DNA from: Camelus dromedarius
Taxonomy: Eukaryota
NCBI RefSeq assembly: GCF_036321535.1
Contig: NC_087437.1
Span: 95,172,001-95,236,000 of the forward strand
DNA: 64,000 bases
Direction: 5' to 3'
The position numbers and the translations under genes were made by a program. This document shows positions 1 through 13,135 of this stretch, in pieces (position 1 is the first letter of the stretch; every line of letters begins with the position of its first letter). The notes beneath the pieces were generated by a model that had not been told where the DNA came from, did not search any database, and saw only the letters and a list, made by a program, of their open reading frames with translations.

Positions 1-55
1 GCAGCCTACACACAAAGAAATGACAAGTTCCATGATAGAAGCCTACAGGAGAAAC

Positions 56-104
56 AGACACACACACACACACACACACACGTGCACACACACACACACA
101 CACA
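56..104. repeat. (CA)n microsatellite, interrupted
   Basis: Run of ca dinucleotides with one cgtg interruption. Confidence 0.95.
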
Positions 105-149
105 GACACCATCTTCTTTCTTTTTCCTCCTGGCAGTAACTTAATCCAA

Positions 150-480
150 TACTTCATTATTTCTTATCTGAACTACTACATTTTCTCAACTGGCTTTCTT
201 GCTTTTAGTACCATTCGTACCATCTTAACAGAAATCCATCTTCCAATGTCTTGCTTATAATAACTGATTTCTAAAATACAGGTCTCTCATCACCATTTCC
301 TATAGCATAATCCTATCATGCTGATGCCCCGTCAGACATACAATAAAATTTACATCCCTTTGTGTGGCATCTAAGTATTCATTAATAAAATATGTACTGA
401 GCCATCATTATATGCCAGCTGTATAATGGAAAGGTCCTTCATGATCTAGCTCTCACCTTCCCTTTTATCTTCCTTCTTGC
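150..480 (+). mobile_element. L2 LINE fragment, highly diverged
   Basis: Degenerate L2 3'-region motifs (tgatttctaaaatacagg, ataaaatttacatcc, gtccttcatgatctagc); recalled consensus. Confidence 0.55.
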
Positions 481-554
481 CGCTCCTTCCTCCTGCAGAG
501 CTATGCTACCCAGTGCAGCCAGGTTCTACAACTTCACACATGTGGGGTAATCTC

Positions 555-675
555 CCCGTTCTAGCTTCTCTGTGAAACTTTGGGTCAGTTTACTCTCTAG
601 GTTTCAAGCTCCTCCTTCACAAAATAAAAAGGTTGTACCCTGAAATCTTTCCCAGATCTGAAAGCAATGAATCTA
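555..675 (+). mobile_element. MIR/MIR3 SINE fragment
   Basis: MIR core-like tgtgaaactttgggtcagtt...ctcctccttcacaaaat and MIR3-like tail tctttcccagatctgaaagcaatga. Confidence 0.5.
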
Positions 676-3318
676 GGAAATTTCAGGCAATAGATGGGAA
701 AGAGAGTTTTAAATAGTGGCTGAATTCTTGAGTAAAACCAAAAAAGCATATACTGTTGTTAAATTTACCATTTAATAACAGATCATCAGCAGTGCAGTGG
801 AATAGGACAGAAAATTGGAATCATTTAAATATCTCAGGCTTGAAGACAGTTGTAATCACGTTTGGGATCGTTGCTGTATGAGTGTGCCTAGAAGTCATGG
901 CAAAATATTATTACACTTTCTTGATATACTAAATTCCATCATACATCTAGGTACTTTTTTTTAAGCAACAGAAAGTAGCAAATTAAAAACTTGAGCACGC
1001 ATGTCCAAGAAGAACAATGATTGAAACTGAACACACTTGCTTATTTCAGTGCTTTTGCTGCGGAGACAGAATGGGAGAGAGAAAGGGTAAGGAGAGGAGG
1101 AAAGCAAAAGGTTTTATCCCACAGAGTAGAGACTGAGAAATACTTTCTCCATGTTTTTTGACAAAAATAAATGAATGAATGAAGTAGATGAATTGAAGTG
1201 ATAGAGAGAGGGAAGGGAGGAAAAAATGGAGAAGACCTGAGGACCTAAACGACAACTGAGTAGTAGATGTGGGAAGCATGGAGAGAAGATAGCATGTGTG
1301 TTCTGCGAGGTGAGAGAAGGATGCAGAGAAGAAACATTTGGAAGATATTTCACCATGATGGCCGGATGCTGGAAATGTCAGCTCAAAACAGCTTGTTGTA
1401 TTTTGAAGTCAGAAAGGGTGAAATCTTGAAGATGAGAACAGAACAATAAGGGGAGGCAGGACACAATGGTGCTTTGAACAGGCAGGATATTAGCATGGTC
1501 TTTGTTTGTAAAACAGATGAATATGTGATTCAGCTTGCATTGTTTTAGTCAAAAATCATTTACTGCTTTTTAGTTTCGCAGGGACGTGGTTTCCGTATCA
1601 ATTTCTGCATGTTTTTTCCCTTTATAAGTCAGAAAATGGAGCATAAAACTTAGGGCTCACACGAGATTCAACTGGCCATTAATACAGCACACACTTTTGC
1701 CAAATGCAGTGATTTTTATAACATTTTTAAATTTAAAAACTTGCCCCAAATTTCAATCATAATATTTAAAGCTTGGTAACTCTAAGATCAAGGGTAAGAA
1801 ATGTTTAAAATTCACTTTTCCATTTACCATTGTTTTTTAAAGAGATGGAAAAACAAGGTCAAAATGCACATAAACATCAAATCTAATATAAAACTTACCC
1901 CTGAATCCATGTGTTACTTATTCACTCTTCATCTAACAATAATTAAAGAGTTAAAATCCATAACCTCTGTTTGCATGTTTATTTCCATTTGATCTATTAA
2001 TACCATACCCATTAAAAGTATATTAAATTGGTAACTCTCATTTAAAAAAATGAGTAACTGTGCTCTTATTGGATACCCCTAAGCTAATTTAAAAGGAATT
2101 TCTGTTTAAATGACTGGAAAGTATTTCTCTTTCCATCTTTGCCTATCCCTTTATAGTGAGTTTTTGCTGCACTAGGGCATGACTCTGATGCAGTTGTTAG
2201 TAAAATCTGCCAGTTTTTGTTCCTGGGAAGGAAGGGTTCTCAATGAGAAGTAAGAGAAGAATATGGAAAGGAGTGTCTGCAGTTAGAAAATTAGCTCATC
2301 ATAGTTAAATTCAGGAAAGCAGAGTACTTAGGTAGGATGCTGAGTATCTGAAGATAATAGACTTTTCAAAATTAGACAATGAAAGAAAAATGCTTTTAGT
2401 TTTTGCTGTGTACAATTTTTAGTGGCATTTTTATTATTTTCTTCAAAAACTTTTATTGCCAGAGAGAAAAACATTCATACAAGAGGCTAACCCTTCCCAC
2501 TGTAAACAGAGGGAGAACAAAGAGCTTTATGTATGTTGTGAAAAGGGGGAGTCTCTGAGGTGGATGCCCTATGGGTCATGCAGCTAAAAGGGTGCTCCCT
2601 GCCACACACGCCCACCAACTTGGAGATGCTAAAGTGGGTTGGTGAGATCTCCAGCAGCCTCTTGTCCGTAATACAGCTCAGAATTCTCTCATCAATATTT
2701 CTTCCCACTATTAGAGAAACAAATAAAACTCATCTCTGCTGGGATTAATTTGCTTCAGCCTGAAGCAACGAGCCTCCACTGGCAACCCCTCCCGAGCTGA
2801 ATAAGCAGCATCCCAGCATCTGTTGACAATATGACATTGTTGGAGCAGCCAATATTCATAAGAAATGGCCTCCAGAATCCAAAGAGAATACGCTAGTCAA
2901 TAACGAGTAGAGTTTGACCACTGAAAGGATAGCATGTAATTCTGGATTTTATAAGCTATATTTAAAGGGGGGGAGCTTTTTCTCTTTGGATCTGAATGTG
3001 AAGAGTCTGTGTAGACCTAATTTTACTTGAAGAGACCCAGTTATATAGCTGGTTTGGGCTGAGAATGCCTGAACTTATTTCCAGCTGGACATGGATCTGT
3101 CTTATGAAACCAACACATAAATAGCTACTCCTCAGCTGACTGGTCACTTCGGTTATGGAGCACTGCGATTGGAGTACAAATAGAAAAAACAGATAAAAAT
3201 TTGAATCTCAAGGTACTGTAATGGTTGAAAGAGCAGTGGCCATGTGGTGGTGCCATTTAATTTGCATTTTCATCGATACTGCACTTTACTTTCAATGTTA
3301 AAAAATTTTAGTTTGAAA

Positions 3319-3436
3319 GGGGGGGTACAGCGCAGTGGTAGAGCCCATGCTTGGCATGCATGAGGTCCGGGGTTCAATCCCCAGTACCTCTGTTAAAAAA
3401 AAAGTAATAAATACATAAACTTCATTGCCTGCCCCT
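3319..3436 (+). mobile_element. Vic-1-type camelid tRNA-Ala-derived SINE
   Basis: G-run head, A-box-like cagcgcagtgg, B-box ggttcaatcc, ccccagtacctc, A-rich linker and attgcctgcccc tail; similar to copies at 9.6 kb and 52.7 kb. Confidence 0.9.
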
Positions 3437-6400
3437 CATTTTTTTTTAAGTTTATGTTGATAACAATTTAGGTGGCTTAACGGATTTACTCCTTTCTTTC
3501 CATTATTATTGTTCCTGACCATGTTTTCATTTTCTTTCTACCTTGTGCTATATGGAGAGGACACAAGGGTACCCTTTTCAGTAAGTGATGATGGTTTTTG
3601 CTTACCCGTCACCTGCATTCTCTAAGCTGAAAACCTTCTTGATCTACAAAGTGTACATTTTTTTCCAGTTATGAATAACAACAAAATTTCACTGCCCTTT
3701 TTTGTTGCAGAATGTATTTAATTGTTGATATCTTAAATAGCTGTGTGGGATTTAGTCTTCTGATCCTAGCTGATAGGACCGGCAGGATTTACGTCAAATT
3801 AGATTGCATGATCTTTATAGTTTAAAATGCTTAAAGTGCAGTAATTTTACTAGAATTTAGGATAAGGAAGAAGACAGTCCTAACTAAAAATAAATATGTT
3901 GTGTCTTGACTTCTCTATATGATCTCTTTTTATCAGTTCAACTTCTATAATTCATGGACCCTAAAATTATCATGAAGCTTGAGTTAAGGATTACAAGTTC
4001 TAGTACACATATTGTACAGGGTCCTGTATATTTTATACATCACTCCTGAGTAATGTTTATGGTCAGTGTTCTTTTAGAACAATTTAGCATTATCATTTGA
4101 ATTTTTTTCTGGGTACTAAGTCCAAAAAAATTTGTCCCTACAGTACGTTGCAGACTGTAAATACCAGTCTTCTATAAAATGTTGTTTGAACTTATTAAAA
4201 CCTGATTCATGTGATGCCAAGTTTATCCTAAGGCTTGTGCTGGGGCAGGCATGCACATCAAGGGGGAAAAAAAAGGAGTCAATTTCCAAAGGGAGTGCTA
4301 GACAGCTAAATTCTTTGGGGTTAGTTAACTCTAGTAGCCAAAGCCGAATCCAAAGAGATGCCTCTGACTACGTTTTTATTGTTCTTTTTTATTTTCTTTT
4401 CTGAAATGGTCAAGGGGGCATGTGCTTGAACATGTGAGCCAGCAAAATGTCTGTGATTCTAATCCCCTAATTAGACTATCGTGCACAGATGGTATTTAGT
4501 TTTTTTTTTCTAATGAATGAAAGCATGTGGTAATGATGTTCATGAATTTTTATAAGATTAAAAAAAATGCTACTTGAGGTTTGCTTATATTTGCCTAACC
4601 TCCTATCTAGGTCAGACCATGGGTGGAAAGATATGTGCAATTTATATAAATAGAAGGTGCCATCTTAACCAGCCAGCTTGTAGGTATGGTATATGTTGGA
4701 GATACATACACACTAACCCCCCCACATGTGCCCGTACAGATCAAGTCTATGCCTTTTAAAATGTTGGAATATTTTGTTGGGGAAAATGAGAATCTTTCTC
4801 ATAAGTCTTCTGTCCTGCCCTGTAATTCTTTAGTTGTAGTCTTTAATAATTTTTTATTCAGGCCAACTTGACATAACAGAGGAAATTTGTTGCACATGCT
4901 ATTTAGTTTAGTTTAAAATGTTTTTGGCAGAAGGACAGTAGAGCTTAGTGAATTAAGGGAAGAGTAAACAACCGTAGGGCAAGACAATGAACTGTTTTAA
5001 ATAAGACCAGCAATCGTAGGATGCTAATACACTGACTCAGTTTTCCCCATATTTCAAAGATAACTTCCACTAAAAAGTGGCCAGCTGTGAGCTTTAAAAT
5101 GTTTGTTTTGTAATTGCATTGTTTTTATATTTTTTTCATCTGCATATTATATAGGAAAACAGGTATTTATTACCTGGATAGTGAAATGTAATATTCACAT
5201 TTGCTCTGCAAAATGCCACATGAATTTTTGTATGGCATTCTTTCAGGCTTTTGAAAATAAGTAAATATGTGAGTTAATAGAAGGATAGATGAATGATTGA
5301 TAGTTACCTTTTGGCTCTATATATTCTGTTTACTTAAGTGTGATATTGTTACTCTTTTGTCATTGAGAAGGCAATTTGTCCATTTTATTTTGCCTGGTTA
5401 TTTGCAAAGTAGTTTCAAATGCAGGTGTCTACTATGCAATAATCTAAAAGTACACGTTTCATAGCTTATTGGTATTTTCCAAGGACCATGGTATTTAGAC
5501 ATTAGAGTTTTGCTGAGGTTTTGGTTTGAATCCTGAGTTGGAAGATGGATTTGGGAGTAAATTGTTTAGATTGTGACTAGGCCTGGATTGCTCAGTGTTA
5601 AAATATTGTTTGCTTCTTGGTGTTTCAAAGAAGAACATTCCTAAAGTAAAAAAAAAATGTTTTTCATTGAGACCAATGGCCTTGAATCAAAAAAATCTTT
5701 AGTGTAAGTTAATAAGGTGAGGTCAGGATAGGTGTAGGAAATGTGTGATTCAACAGGTATGTGATTCAAGAGTCTGTCCGAAGCCAGAAGCCTATACAAA
5801 TGTAGGAAGTCCTCACTGAAATGCATATTTAGTTTTGAATAGATGTACATTTTTCAATCTGATACAAAATTCAAATTCAAATTATTTACACCTTGTTTTT
5901 TTTTAATGTAGCACAAATTAGACATTTCTCAGTGAATGCAGTACTTTTAAAGGTTATGTAATATTCCATTGTTTGAATGAAAGCAGGTAGTTTTATTTTG
6001 TATTCAAATACAATTTTAAATTCTGTTTACAGATCTCATTTAGGATTGGCCTGAGGGACATTGAAATTAAGAGTCTAGTTAGAAGTATGCAAGAATGCTC
6101 ATTTTTACTTTAAACTATTTTAAAAAGTAGAACTTCAACTATTTTTTTACAATATACTAGAATTATTTTTCTTAAGCCCTTAATGAAACATTTGAATATG
6201 CATTTTTTCCTCTTTCAAATTTAGACTAACAATGTGCTGTTTAATTTTTTCTTTTATTTAGATTTATTTTAGTGATGCTTTCATGTTTTTTAGTATTTCA
6301 CATCAGTGAATTCTTCTAATGCATAGCAGAGTTTTTATTGACTTTGTTATTCTGTTGATTATCATTTTCTTTCACATGGAAATTTTAATTTTACATTAAT

Positions 6401-6574
6401 ATTTCTTGTTCTATAGATGCATTCTTAGGTTTCTTAAAATTCTCCCGAAGAATTTCTTTCCTTTGTTCTTTTATACTTATACTTTAAAATGTACAGAATA
6501 TAAGCACACCCCAAAATTATTAAGGTTATTATTATGAAATGTTAGTACCATCAGTTGCTTTTGTATTTATCATT

Positions 6575-6700
6575 TGCATTCATTTATTCAGTAAATTGTA
6601 TTTAGTGGCTGCTATGTGTAGACACTGTTGTAGGTCGTTGGCTCCCGCAGTGAACCAAGTGAATGAAATCCCTTGCCCTTGTGAAGATCCCATCTTGTTG
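6575..6700 (-). mobile_element. L2 3' end fragment
   Basis: cattcatttattcagtaaattgtatttagtggctgctatgtgtagacactgttgtagg is the reverse complement of the L2 terminus. Confidence 0.7.
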
Positions 6701-9554
6701 GAGGCACAGGGATTGGCACCGACACCAAGTAGCTGAATTGAGTAGACATTATGAAGTGATGCGGTCACAGGAAGTGAAATCCCAAATGGTATTATATACG
6801 GTGTAAGCAGAGGCTCACTAGTTTGAATAGAAAACAAAAAAGTGATGGGATTTTAAAGATACTTCTTTGGTTCAGAATCTTCATCTGTCTATTACTCTGT
6901 TTGGTTTGACCAGAAATATTTTAAGTGTAATATATATAGCAAAGCCTTCACAGTATGTGGACTTTAAGACTATATCTAGGACGTTCTTTCCCATGTTTTC
7001 TATATTGATCTTCAAAAGAGGTAATCAGACATTTGTACTAGTGATGGCTTGTTTCAGAGTATCTTGGCTTTCTGTTCTTTTTAAATGTGGACTTTTCGCA
7101 TACCTTTTCATATACAGTTTTGATTTCCCCCTCAGTGGCTCAAATGATCTTATCATTCTACCAATCTTTGGTTATTTAAGTTGGAGTAGGTTATGTGTGT
7201 CACACAAGTACTCACAAGCCAGATGCCAGTTTCCTTCCTGCCACTCTTACTCCTGTTGACGCATACTTATCAGTAGACTGTACAACCATCTGAGTAAGTA
7301 CAAAAACCTTATAGTGTAATCAGGTAACTTGTTCCTCCTGAGAATAAGATATAATATTGGATAAGCTGATGTGAATTCTTCAGCTTTTATTTCTACAAGT
7401 AGATTTGTGTTTGATTCCTTGGACCATTTTATGTGTGGTTACACTGTATAGACCTATTGTAAATGATACAAAATATATCTTTGTTGCTGAAAACTTCACA
7501 TATTTTCCTATCTGACTTTTTAGGTGGTACTTTTGAAAAAATGGGACTTAGTGAGTTTTGTGGTCTCAAGATATAACCTCTCTCATTTTTTGGATTTTGT
7601 TATTATCTCTTACTGATTACTCAATTTTGATTAACCTTTTCTTTTCATTCCTGGCATTCTGTGCTCTCTAGTCATTTTGACTGTACTTATAATGTCAATA
7701 AATCTTACTGTGTCAGTACTGAATTCTTCATTGATAAATCTTCATTAACCACACTCTAGTCGACATTTAGTATATTAACATATTTTTTTTTTGGTAAATA
7801 GTGATTGATTTCAGGTAACAAAATCTGTCACTAAAGAAAAGTAGAGTTTAAATTGCAGAGGTTATATATGTGAAGCATTTATTAATAGCTCCTTGTTCGC
7901 CTCTGAGTTGTCAGTTCCTAACATTTGATAGGTAAAAACTTGATGTTTTTCACTTTGATTCCTCTTTTAATCTCCATGTGGGACAGATTTTCATGATTTT
8001 CTCTGTAACATTTTGTCTTCCTAAAACCAAAATGTCTGAATGTTCTGATGTTTGGAGACTGCCAGGATACTTGACCTGGATTCTGATAATTTTCCAATTG
8101 GTAACATACCCCTTTCTTTAGTGTCTTCTGGACTAATGCACGTTCTGCAAATATTTCCATAAGCCATTCTGAATGCATACATTTTGATTTTTTTTTCTAT
8201 CCTAGCTTTCTTATAAGTTAGTAATCAATGAAATCAAGTCATTTTAGCTGTTAGATTTAATTTTTTTTAACTTACAATTATGTATGTCAGTTGTATGACT
8301 TCACAATCCTGGGGCCTTTATGGTTTGCTTCCTCGCTTTATCTTAATTGTGTTTAATTTGCTTTTGCTTTTAACCTTACTGATTTTCTGCTCCAATATTT
8401 TTCACAAAAAAAAATCATGTCATTTGATTTCTATCACATTGTCCTGATCAACCAGGCCAGAAAGCCTGGAAGGTAGCATGACTTACTTCCAGTGAACCCA
8501 CACTGATTCCTTGTGATTTTCCTTTTCCTTCCTAATCATTTCTAATCCATATATTATTTAAATGAATTGCTTCATGATAACTGAAATTGCTGCCACAATC
8601 ATTCGTCTGCAGACTGAAGACAACTTACTGTTTTAAAAACTTTAAAGTGTAGCTTTTCACCTCAAAGTTTTGTCATTTTCTCATTTTCCCATGGCTTTTC
8701 TGGGGGTGTGTGATACTTGGTTTCAGCACTTCAACGTAGTTCTAACGCCTCACATTTTAAATTTCTATTGTTTAATATATGGTGAAGCTCGAATGTGTTA
8801 TTGGAGTCAATAATTTGTTCATTCAGAAGTAAAACAAATGGTGTAGAATTATTTCTTTGGATCTAAGGTAAATTTCAATAGAATTAGGTGTATTTATTCG
8901 AGGTAACTATGGTTGAAGTAACAACCGTTCATATTGTTAAAGTAACAATAATTTGAGACAACAGTGTAGTTTTTGAATTTTAGCCGAAATATTTTTAATC
9001 TATATATGACAGAATCACTTAATATGGTTGATGCTGTCTAATAATAAAAAATAGTTTAATTTTTTATATTATGAAACTTTACACTTCGATTTTTTTTCTA
9101 ATTAAATGTTTTTTGAGCTTTATCATATATTCTGATTAGTAATAAAGCAAAAACAAACCAGGGAATATTGAGTACTTGAAAATATATGGCATAGGTTTTT
9201 CAAAATTTTTTTGCCCTTTATTCTTAGCCATAAAGTATTAGTGTTAATTCCTCGCATTGTAACGATATATGATATGTCATTATAATACATATGTTATGTG
9301 TATAACACAAGTATTTGAGAACCAAATGCTAATTTTCTTACTATGTATGTATTGCAGATATATTTTAATGCAAATTTTGAAATACTTTTATCACATAATA
9401 TTTTAAAGTTAATTTTAAGCAGGCTTTCCAAAAATATTAAAGGTTTATAAATTTGAGCAATAATTCTTTTAACTACCTAATCATCTTTCACATCTCAAAG
9501 TTTTATTGATATAAGTTATACAGTGAATTAAATAGAAGAAATAAATGTATTTTA

Positions 9555-9697
9555 TTCTTATCTTAATCTTGGGGGGAGGTAATGAGGTTTATCTATTTGT
9601 TTATTATTTTTGGTGCAAGTACTGGGAATTGAACCCGGGACCTCATGCATGCTGGGCATGTACTCTCTGCCACTGAGTTATACCCACCCACCCCCCC
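9555..9697 (-). mobile_element. Vic-1-type camelid SINE with target-site duplication
   Basis: Reverse-complement SINE (ggggaggtaatgaggtttat...gggaattgaacccgggacctcatgcatgc...ccactgagttataccc); flanking direct repeats gaaa(t/c)aaatgtatttta at 9538-9554 and 9698-9714. Confidence 0.92.
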
Positions 9698-10014
9698 GAA
9701 ACAAATGTATTTTAATAAGCAGTGACCCAGTAAACATTAATTTAGTACTTACTCTGTGCTGGATAATTACTAAGTGTATATTTATAGGAGGTATAGTAAT
9801 TTGTCTTAAATGTGCTACAAGTTGATATAGTGATTGAATATATTTTAGTATATAATCTGATTTAAAATTTTAACTCATGTTTCCTTTAGAGCATTCCTTT
9901 GAAAACTGAGCTTACACCTACTGCTAGTACTGTAAAGTTAGCCATGGAAGTCATACATCTTAAGAGAATAGTTGCTCTCTACATTTCCAAAGGGGCATAT
10001 GGAGAATGGGTTAC

Positions 10015-10200
10015 AGAGACAGACAAATTGGGTTTGAATGCAAGCTGCAGTACCTTAGCTGAGTTATTTAATTGCCAAAGGCTTAGTTTCCTTATCAGTA
10101 AAACTGAAATAAAAATATCTGTATTAATCACAGTATTGATGTATATATTTTGTGGGATCATTGAAATATAAAGTATGCAGCATAGTATGGCTCATAGAAG
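10015..10200 (+). mobile_element. MIR SINE
   Basis: tgggtttgaat...cttagtttccttatcagtaaaactgaaataa core. Confidence 0.75.
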
Positions 10201-12944
10201 TCACCTGGAAACAAATACATAGACACACAGAAGAGTATTTATTAAATCTTTCAACTTTTCTCTTCTTCCCTGGAGAGGATTTATAAACAATTCCCTAATC
10301 CTTTGTCAGGAATATATATGATAATAAGTTTAAATTTTTTCAGAAATATTCCTTTAGTTTAATTTTATACTGGACCCTATACTGGACTCAGATATTAGAA
10401 ATATCTTCTTTCAAGGAATATTTTCCAAATTGAAACCCTCTTTTTAATTTACTCACGTGTAAGAAGAAACTTCCTTAGTCCCGAGCATATGACAAGTAAT
10501 AAAACACTTGCACAGACTATCACTCTGGGAAAAAAATGGAATTCATGTCTTTGATGTTGTTTCAGCTAGGGTTTCAATTCATGACCAGAAATCTGTGGAG
10601 AATCCAGAAGGAAGATCTAACAGTTTAGCCAGCTCATCTATTTTCCTTTGGAAGGAAGAGATAGGACAAAATTGGATATCTCCAGAGGGAGGGCTAAATA
10701 CAGTGGCACAATAAATCCCCTTTCGACTGACACAGCTACCTGAGTTCTTTGGAGAGCTAAGGAGGAGGGGAGGGGAGGAAAGAGAGAGGCTGACTGATTT
10801 AGAGACTTAAACATAGCCCTTTAATATAGAGAGTAGAATATCCCATATTTTCCCTTAGACTGTTTGGGGAGGGGAAAGAATTTTAAGTAAATATAATGGA
10901 CTATTAGTATTCTTAATATTTATCCCATAAAAAAAAAGAAAGACCATTATCGGGTCAGTCTTACCCAATCCAGACTTTTTCCTGCTCTTCAATTAAAAAA
11001 AGCATCTCTTTCTCCTGAGCTGGGAAATATAAACATTTTCAATGGTCTCTTTAGTAATTTTACAATGAATCCTAAATTAAAATTTGTAAATTTTATAATG
11101 ACACGTCTGGAAATACTCCTCAATACTTCAGATTTTAAATCTTTCTTCACTTAAGAATTTCTGAAGTGAAAACAGTATTTGCGGAATTACCAATATCATG
11201 GGAATTTTCCAAACACTTGTACTTGGACTACTGAATTAAATAAGACTTGGAAGGACAAATGCCTTGATTTGTCTGGGGAGCTTCCTGATAATGCGTGTGT
11301 TACAACCTGGAAACTAGCCTGCTTTAAATGTCCAGACACTCCCCTACTTCCACTCCTAAATGTGCTTAATTTTAGGTTTCTAACTAAGCAGAATTTGTTC
11401 CTTAGTGTGTTTGTTTAATATAATGTTAGGGTGTCAAAGGCAGTTACTGATTGTTAGAAAAAGAAAATAATCCTTCTCAACTGTCAAACATCAAATGGAA
11501 GGTCAGAAACCTTATAACAAAAAAGAGAAATTTCTTTTGTCCTTTTGCAGTCTTCTAGGATTCCAGAATAGATTCAGATTGCAGCAGGGGATGTTGAAAC
11601 AAGAGCAGAGTTGGAAAGTCCAGACAAGATTTATCAAACCAGACATTGTGCTTTCCCCCAAACTCAGCATAGTTTGGAGTCACTTCCTTATCAAAGCACA
11701 CAGGCAGTTCTGGGAAGGTTGTCTGTGTTCCCCCGGGAGTGGTTCTACTTACTGTAACATCAGTCAGGTTTGGTGGGGTGAGCGGTGAGGAGGAGGGGCA
11801 AGGGATGGTCAGGACAAGGAGTCATAGAAAAGAGTATTTGTTAAGTCCAAAAATTCCCTAGGCTGGAGTATATGCAGTCACAAGTCTCGAAAAACAATGA
11901 AATGTAAGGCAACTGATGCTCACATCTTATAAAACAGTTGCAATAAAATTCGATCCAGGGAGACCTAGACTCAACCGTTAAGTCTCATATTGTTGATAAC
12001 ATAGCAAGTGAGAAAGAAAAGCTCTTGTGTCCAGAATTGATAGGTCATGAGTTTAAAGCAAAAGAAGATGGTTTTCTTTCACTCTTATTCTGTTTTTTTA
12101 TACAACTGAGCATGAGGAGCAGGATATTATGGCGACAGATGGATTCACTCCACTTTCAGGTAGATGGATGAGAAATTCTTAAGTCAATCTGTTTCAGACT
12201 CAGATTTTTAAGTAGTTCCTTTTTTTTTTCCCCTTGAAAACCAAAACCTTAGCTTTATAAATTCCTTTTGGCTGTAAAAGCATATAAAACAAAGAATATC
12301 TTTTTCTAATGCTTAGCTCTATGGAAGAAAAATAGATTTCCAAAATTAATTTGCTTTCTTTTTACACATTATAAAAATAAAATTAGAAAAACTAAGGTTC
12401 ACCAATACAGAGAAGGAAAATAGTGCCAAAGTAGCAACTTTAAAAAAAATCAGATGTATAGTGAAAAATTATATAACTGTTGAAATAGTAGTAATGTGAA
12501 TGAAAAAAAAATCATACTTTAGTGAAATCAAATGTTGCTGTATAAAATTAAGGCTAAGGGATGGGAAACTTTTTTTTCTTAAAAAGGATTTAATAAATTA
12601 TAAGAAAAGATGAAAATCTAAACCTCAATGTATTTTAAATTACATAATAAAAATAAAAGTGACTCACATGAAACACACAAACCTTCATCATCATTAACTT
12701 TCAGGTGTTTAGAATCATGTCTAATGTTATAAAAGTAAACCAGGCCTTCTGCCACTGACATTCCATTAGAGGTCCTTCCCTGCTTCTCCATGTACACTCA
12801 CATAGACTCAGACATCTTTACATGACTTTTTTCCTTTCAAACGGTTACTCTTAGGAGAAAACAAGGAAATGCAGCTTTTCTTAGCATAGGCAATGCACAA
12901 GCTCATATTTGTGATAGCACTGAAACAGCTAACAAGAAGTGGTG

Positions 12945-13135
12945 TTTATTCAATGCTTTCTGTGCTCCAGAAATTATACCTTGTGCTTTACACATAGTAT
13001 GCCAGGTAACCTTTGAAATACTCTTCTGAGGCGTGTGGTGTTATTTTTATTTCTATTGACAGGTGTGGAAACTGAGATTTAGAAAGGAAAGGAAACTTCC
13101 TCAATGTCATTAGCTAGTAAGTGGGGTCCTAGATC
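12945..13135 (-). mobile_element. MIR SINE
   Basis: gtgctttacacat...gacaggtgtggaaactgagatttagaaagg...gtcattagctagtaagtgg. Confidence 0.8.

Noticed and set aside
3319..3392. tRNA-Ala-like gene (also at 9.6 kb and 52.7 kb)
   Set aside because: A/B boxes are followed by a shared non-tRNA tail, and two copies have TSDs; these are SINEs
3600..3655. Minus-strand 38-nt exon candidate (IKKVFSLENAGD)
   Set aside because: Weak pyrimidine tract, unrecognised peptide and no partner exons
11531..11788. Strong acceptor followed by an open frame
   Set aside because: Peptide unrecognised and donor mediocre; such acceptors are common in T-rich DNA
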